In this document: in pieces, positions 59,893 to 64,000 of the stretch | Numbering within the stretch: the stretch's first letter is position 1 | How the letters are laid out: every line of letters starts with the position of its first letter | NCBI GenBank assembly: GCA_951406725.2 | Contig: OX597841.1 | Location: 12,276,001-12,340,000 of the forward strand | DNA: 64,000 bases | Direction: 5' to 3' | Source: Octopus vulgaris | Lineage: Eukaryota | Notes under the pieces: model-generated | What the model saw: the letters and a program-made list of their open reading frames with translations, nothing else | The model's database searches: none | What the model was told of the DNA's origin: nothing | Made by a program: the position numbers and the translations under genes

Positions 59893-62680
59893 GTGAGTTA
59901 CTAACAGTTAATGACGTTGTGAGAGATGTCTTAAAGAGATTGTGATGTCACAGTGAGATAATGACAGCATAAGAAACGTCTTAATGAGATTGTAAGGTCA
60001 TAGTGCCTGAATGGCCATAGTGCCTCTCTCAAAGTGTGTGTGAAGTCATAGTGAGGTAATGATGTTGTCAGAGATATATTAATATGAGTGTGATGGCTTA
60101 GTGAGCTAATGACGTAAAAGACGTTTTAAAGATATTGTGAGGTCATAGTGAATTAATGACATTGTGAAAGACATATGAAAGGGATTATGAGGTCATAGAA
60201 AGTTAATGTTGTCATAAGAGATGTCATCATAAGATTGGTCATAGTGAAATAATGATGTTGAAGGAGACAACTTAAAATGATTGTTTTGTAATAATGATTT
60301 AATGACGTCATAAGAGATTAAAGAGATTGTCAGGTCATAGTGAGTTAATGACAGCATAGGAGGGGTCTTAGACAGTTGTTTGGTCATAGTAAGTTACTGA
60401 TGTCATAATGTGATTGTGAGGTCATAGAGTTATTAACGTAATAAACATCTTAATGTGATTTTGATGTCCTAATCAGTTAATGACATCAAAAAAGACATTG
60501 TGAGGTTGTGGTGAGTTAATGACGTCGCAAGAGATGTCTTAAAGAGATGTTTGATCATAATGAGTTAATGACGTCCTTAATGTGATTGTGTTGTTATGAG
60601 TTAATTATGGCGCAGAAGATATTCTAAAGAGATTGTATGGTCAAGGTGGGTTAAGGACGTCATAAGAGATATCTTAAAGAGATTGTGAGGTCATGGTGAG
60701 TTGATGACGTCATAAGAGACATCTTAAAAAGGTTGTTTCATCATGGGGAGTAAATGACAGCATAAGAGACTGTAAGATCATAGTGAGTTAATGATGTTCT
60801 AAGAGATGTCTTAAAGAAATTGTGAGGTCATAGTAAGTTAATGTCATAAGAGACATAATGTGGTCATGAAGTCCTAGTGAGCTAATGACATCATAAAAGA
60901 CGTATTAAGGATGTGTGATCATGGTGAGTAAATAATGTCATGAGAGACGTCTTAAAGAGCTTGTTTGGTCAGAGTAAGTTAATGACATCATACGAGGCGT
61001 CTTAAAGAGACTGATGTCAAAGTGAGTTAATGGTGTTGTAAGAAATGTCTTAAAGGGATTGTGAGGGCCTGTCGATGATGATTTAATGATGTCACAAGAC
61101 ACGTTCAAAGTGATTGCGAGGTCATAGTGAGTCAATGACGTCATAAGAAACTTCTCAGAGAGACTGATTCAGCATAGTGAATTAATGACGTCTTAAAGTG
61201 ATTGTTTGACCATTGTGAGTTAATGACGCCATAAGAGATATTTCAAAGTAATTGTGAGATCATAGTGAGCTAATGACATCATAAGAGATGTCTTAATGTG
61301 ATTGTGATGTTATAGTGATTTAATGAAATCGAAAAGTTGTCATAAAAATATTGTGAGGTCATGGGGAATTCATAATGTCATGGGAGACGTCTTACAGAGA
61401 TTGTTTGGTTATAGTGAGTTAATGACATTATAAGAGACGTCTTAAAGGAGACTGTGAGGTCATGACGAGTTAATGATGACGTAAGAGGTATTTTCAAATG
61501 ATTGTGATGTTCTAGTGAGTTAATGATGTTTTTAAAATTGATTTCGAGATCATAGTGAATAAATGATGTTGTAAGAAATGTCTTAAAATAATGCTTTGGT
61601 CGTAGTGAATTAACAGCGTCTTAAAGAGATTATGATGTCATAGTGAGTAAATAACGTCGTTAGCAATGTCTTAAATAGATTGTTTCGTAACAGTGAGTTA
61701 ATGATGTCGTAAGAGACATGTTAAAGAGACTGTGAGGTGATAGAGAGTGGCGTCATAAGAAATGTCTTAAAGACACTGTAATGTCAAAGTGAGTTAATGA
61801 TGTCATAAGAAACATCTTAAACAGATTGTGAGGTCATAGTGATTTAATTACCTCGTAAGAAATGTCTTAAAGTGATTGTGAGGCTACAGTGAGTTAATGG
61901 CGTCATAAAAGTTTGAAGCAATTTTGAGTTCATAGTGAGTAAACGACATTGTAAGAAACTTCTCAAAGCAATTGCTTGGTCATGGTGAGTTAATGACGTT
62001 CTAAGAGATATATTAAAATGATTGTTTTGTCATAGTGAGTTAATGACGTTGTTAGACATGTCTTAAAGAGATTGTTTCGTCATAGTGAATTAATAAGGTC
62101 ATAAGAGACGTGTTAAAGAGACTGTGATGTGATAGAGAGTGGGGGTCATAAGAAATGTCTTAAAGACACTGTAATGTCAAAGTGAGTTAATGATGTCATA
62201 AGAAACATCTTAAAGGGATTGTGAGGTCATAGTGACTTTATTGCTTCGTGATTGTAAGGCCATTGTGAGTTAATGACGTCATAAAAGACGTTTAAAGTGA
62301 TTTTGAGATCATAGTGAGTAAACAACGTCGTAATAAGAGACGTATTAAAATGATTGTTTAGTCATAGTGAGTTAATGACATCGTCAGACACGTCATCTTA
62401 AAGAAACTGTTTCGTCTTAGTGAGTTAATGATGCCGTAAGAGATGTGTCAAAGAGATTGTGAGGTCATAGTGAGTGAAGTCATGATTAGTTAATGATAGT
62501 CATATCATAAAGCGATTGTGAGATCATGTTGAGTAAATGACGTCTACAAAGAGATTGTTTCATCAAAGTGAGTTAATGATGTAAGAAATGCATTGAAGTG
62601 ATTTTGAGGTCATAGTGACTTAATGGCATTGTAAGAGACATCTTAATGAATTAGTGATGTCATAGTGAGTTAATGGTGTT
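59893..62680. repeat. 50-bp minisatellite (~55 diverged units) in the last FAM183 intron
   Basis: Consensus gtgagttaatgacgtcataagagatgtcttaaagagattgtgaggtcata. The period of 50 is visible at 60661/60711. Confidence 0.95.
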
Positions 62681-63063
62681 TGAATAAGGTGTCTCAGGGA
62701 TATCCCTATGATTGTTTGTCATTAAACCCTTGTACCTCAAAATAACAGGTCCACAGTCAACCTCTGTTGTTTTGTACCTTCATCTAATCCATTGAGACAA
62801 CCTAAGTACAAACCCTTCCACTTTTAATTAATACCTTAACATCTCAACTTGTGGCAACCTTTTGCAGAGGTCCCTATGGCTGTCCCCTTAGCACCCCTTT
62901 CACTCAACCTCAAGAGGACTTTATGGGAGCTGTGCCCCTTTGACATCCTTTCTTGCATCCCATGATCAACATCTTATGGAGCTGCAGTCCACTCTGACTG
63001 ACTCAGTTCCCCTGTGACCCCTCAAAAGCTCCCACAGTGATGACCCCAACAAAAGCGTGTTAC

Positions 63064-63167
63064 CAAAGGCTGAGTTATCCAACCAATTTCTTGAGACTCG
63101 GTCTGCGGATACTCGTATTTCTTCACAGGTTCCAGATTGGCCCGTTTGATGACCGTCTTGAAGTGAG
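63064..63167 (-). CDS. FAM183A: FAM183/CFAP144-like ciliary protein, penultimate coding exon
   Basis: ctttttcag|HFKTVIKRANLEPVKKYEYPQTESQEIGWITQPL|gtaac, 104 nt. P-x-KKY-x-x-PQTE-x-QEIGW is the FAM183 signature as recalled. Confidence 0.88.
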
Positions 63168-63669
63168 CTGAAAAAGAGGACGCAACAGAAAGGGGTCAGT
63201 TTTATGTTTAGTGGGGAGAGACACAATTCTAAGGGGCAGAAGAAGGGTGAGGGGTAAACAGTGTGACGGCTGAAGTATGAATGTCACAAATTCACACATT
63301 GATATTTACATACCAAATATATGACTGATCGAATGAGGGAGATACCTTTATGGTAGCTATGTATGGTAGAAATAGCAGCCAAATATCCCTCACATCACAC
63401 CCTACTGTCTTATGTATTTATATATATATATATGTATGGGCCAATGAAGGACACCTCTACATTGTAGCTATACCTGGTAGAAATAGCAGCCAAATCTCTC
63501 TCAAATTACATCTATTATCTTAAAATAATACATAATGCTTAACAGGATTCTGGAAACAGATGTGATGGTCGTGGCTGGAACATCTTTGATTATAGGTCTG
63601 ACCTGGGGGTCAAACAACAACATCCCCACACCCAACAGCAACACAACTAGGCTATCATACTACATAACA

Positions 63670-63761
63670 ACACTACTACTACTATCTCCACCACCACCAC
63701 CGCCGCCGCCGCCACCATCACCACCACCACCACCACCACCACCACCACCACCACCACCACC

Positions 63762-63806
<45 letters not shown>
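63670..63806. repeat. (CTA)n-(CCA)n-(CAA)n trinucleotide microsatellite
   Basis: Directly visible. Confidence 0.95.
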
Positions 63807-64000
63807 GTTGAAAGGATCTGCTGGAATGTTAAGTGCTTAAATACTTCCTGTTTACACAAGACTACCGCCTCCCCCCCCCACTGCTATAGGTTTTCTACTG
63901 AAAAATTGTCATAAGGAGGGGAGGGACTGTTAAAGTGTATCTAGGAGTACATTATCTAATGTGTCCTTCTTGTTGTTGCTGTTGTTTAGCCCCAGGTCAG

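Noticed and set aside
59893-62680. CRISPR-like or coding interpretation of the regular 50-bp array
   Set aside because: The units are contiguous diverged repeats without unique spacers, there are no cas genes, the context is a eukaryotic intron, and the frames contain stops.
62966-63226. 86-aa ORF from the supplied track
   Set aside because: Wrong frame. The real exon (63064-63167) is read in another frame.
63535-63859. PolyP/polyQ and polyV ORFs
   Set aside because: They come from a trinucleotide microsatellite, probably intronic to the FAM183-like gene, with no other coding signal.

Overview
AT-rich, repeat-dense animal genomic DNA. It is most likely from an octopus, inferred from the tRNA-derived SINE families, RTE LINE tails and very long (TA)n/(CA)n arrays. 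Two host genes can be read. The first is a + strand annexin with seven phase-consistent GT-AG coding exons (28551-38926). Its start exon was not located, and its last exon is not visible and may lie in the 100-N gap at 44067-44166. The second is the last two coding exons of a - strand FAM183/CFAP144-like ciliary gene (63064-63167 and 59534-59641), whose last intron holds a ~2.8 kb 50-bp minisatellite built on CRE palindromes. The rest is decayed mobile DNA: an RTE LINE carrying a PHD-like finger and a solo LTR, a Penelope GIY-YIG element split by an RTE insertion with a clean target-site duplication, a Helitron, Tc1 and DD37D (maT) remnants, a hAT MITE, and Gypsy and CR1 fragments. The most notable unexplained signal is a set of about eight minimal type-I hammerhead-ribozyme-like motifs from several distinct non-coding Penelope-like families, most of which end directly on (TA)n microsatellites. 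Nearly all long ORFs in the supplied track are microsatellite artefacts. No database searches were run.
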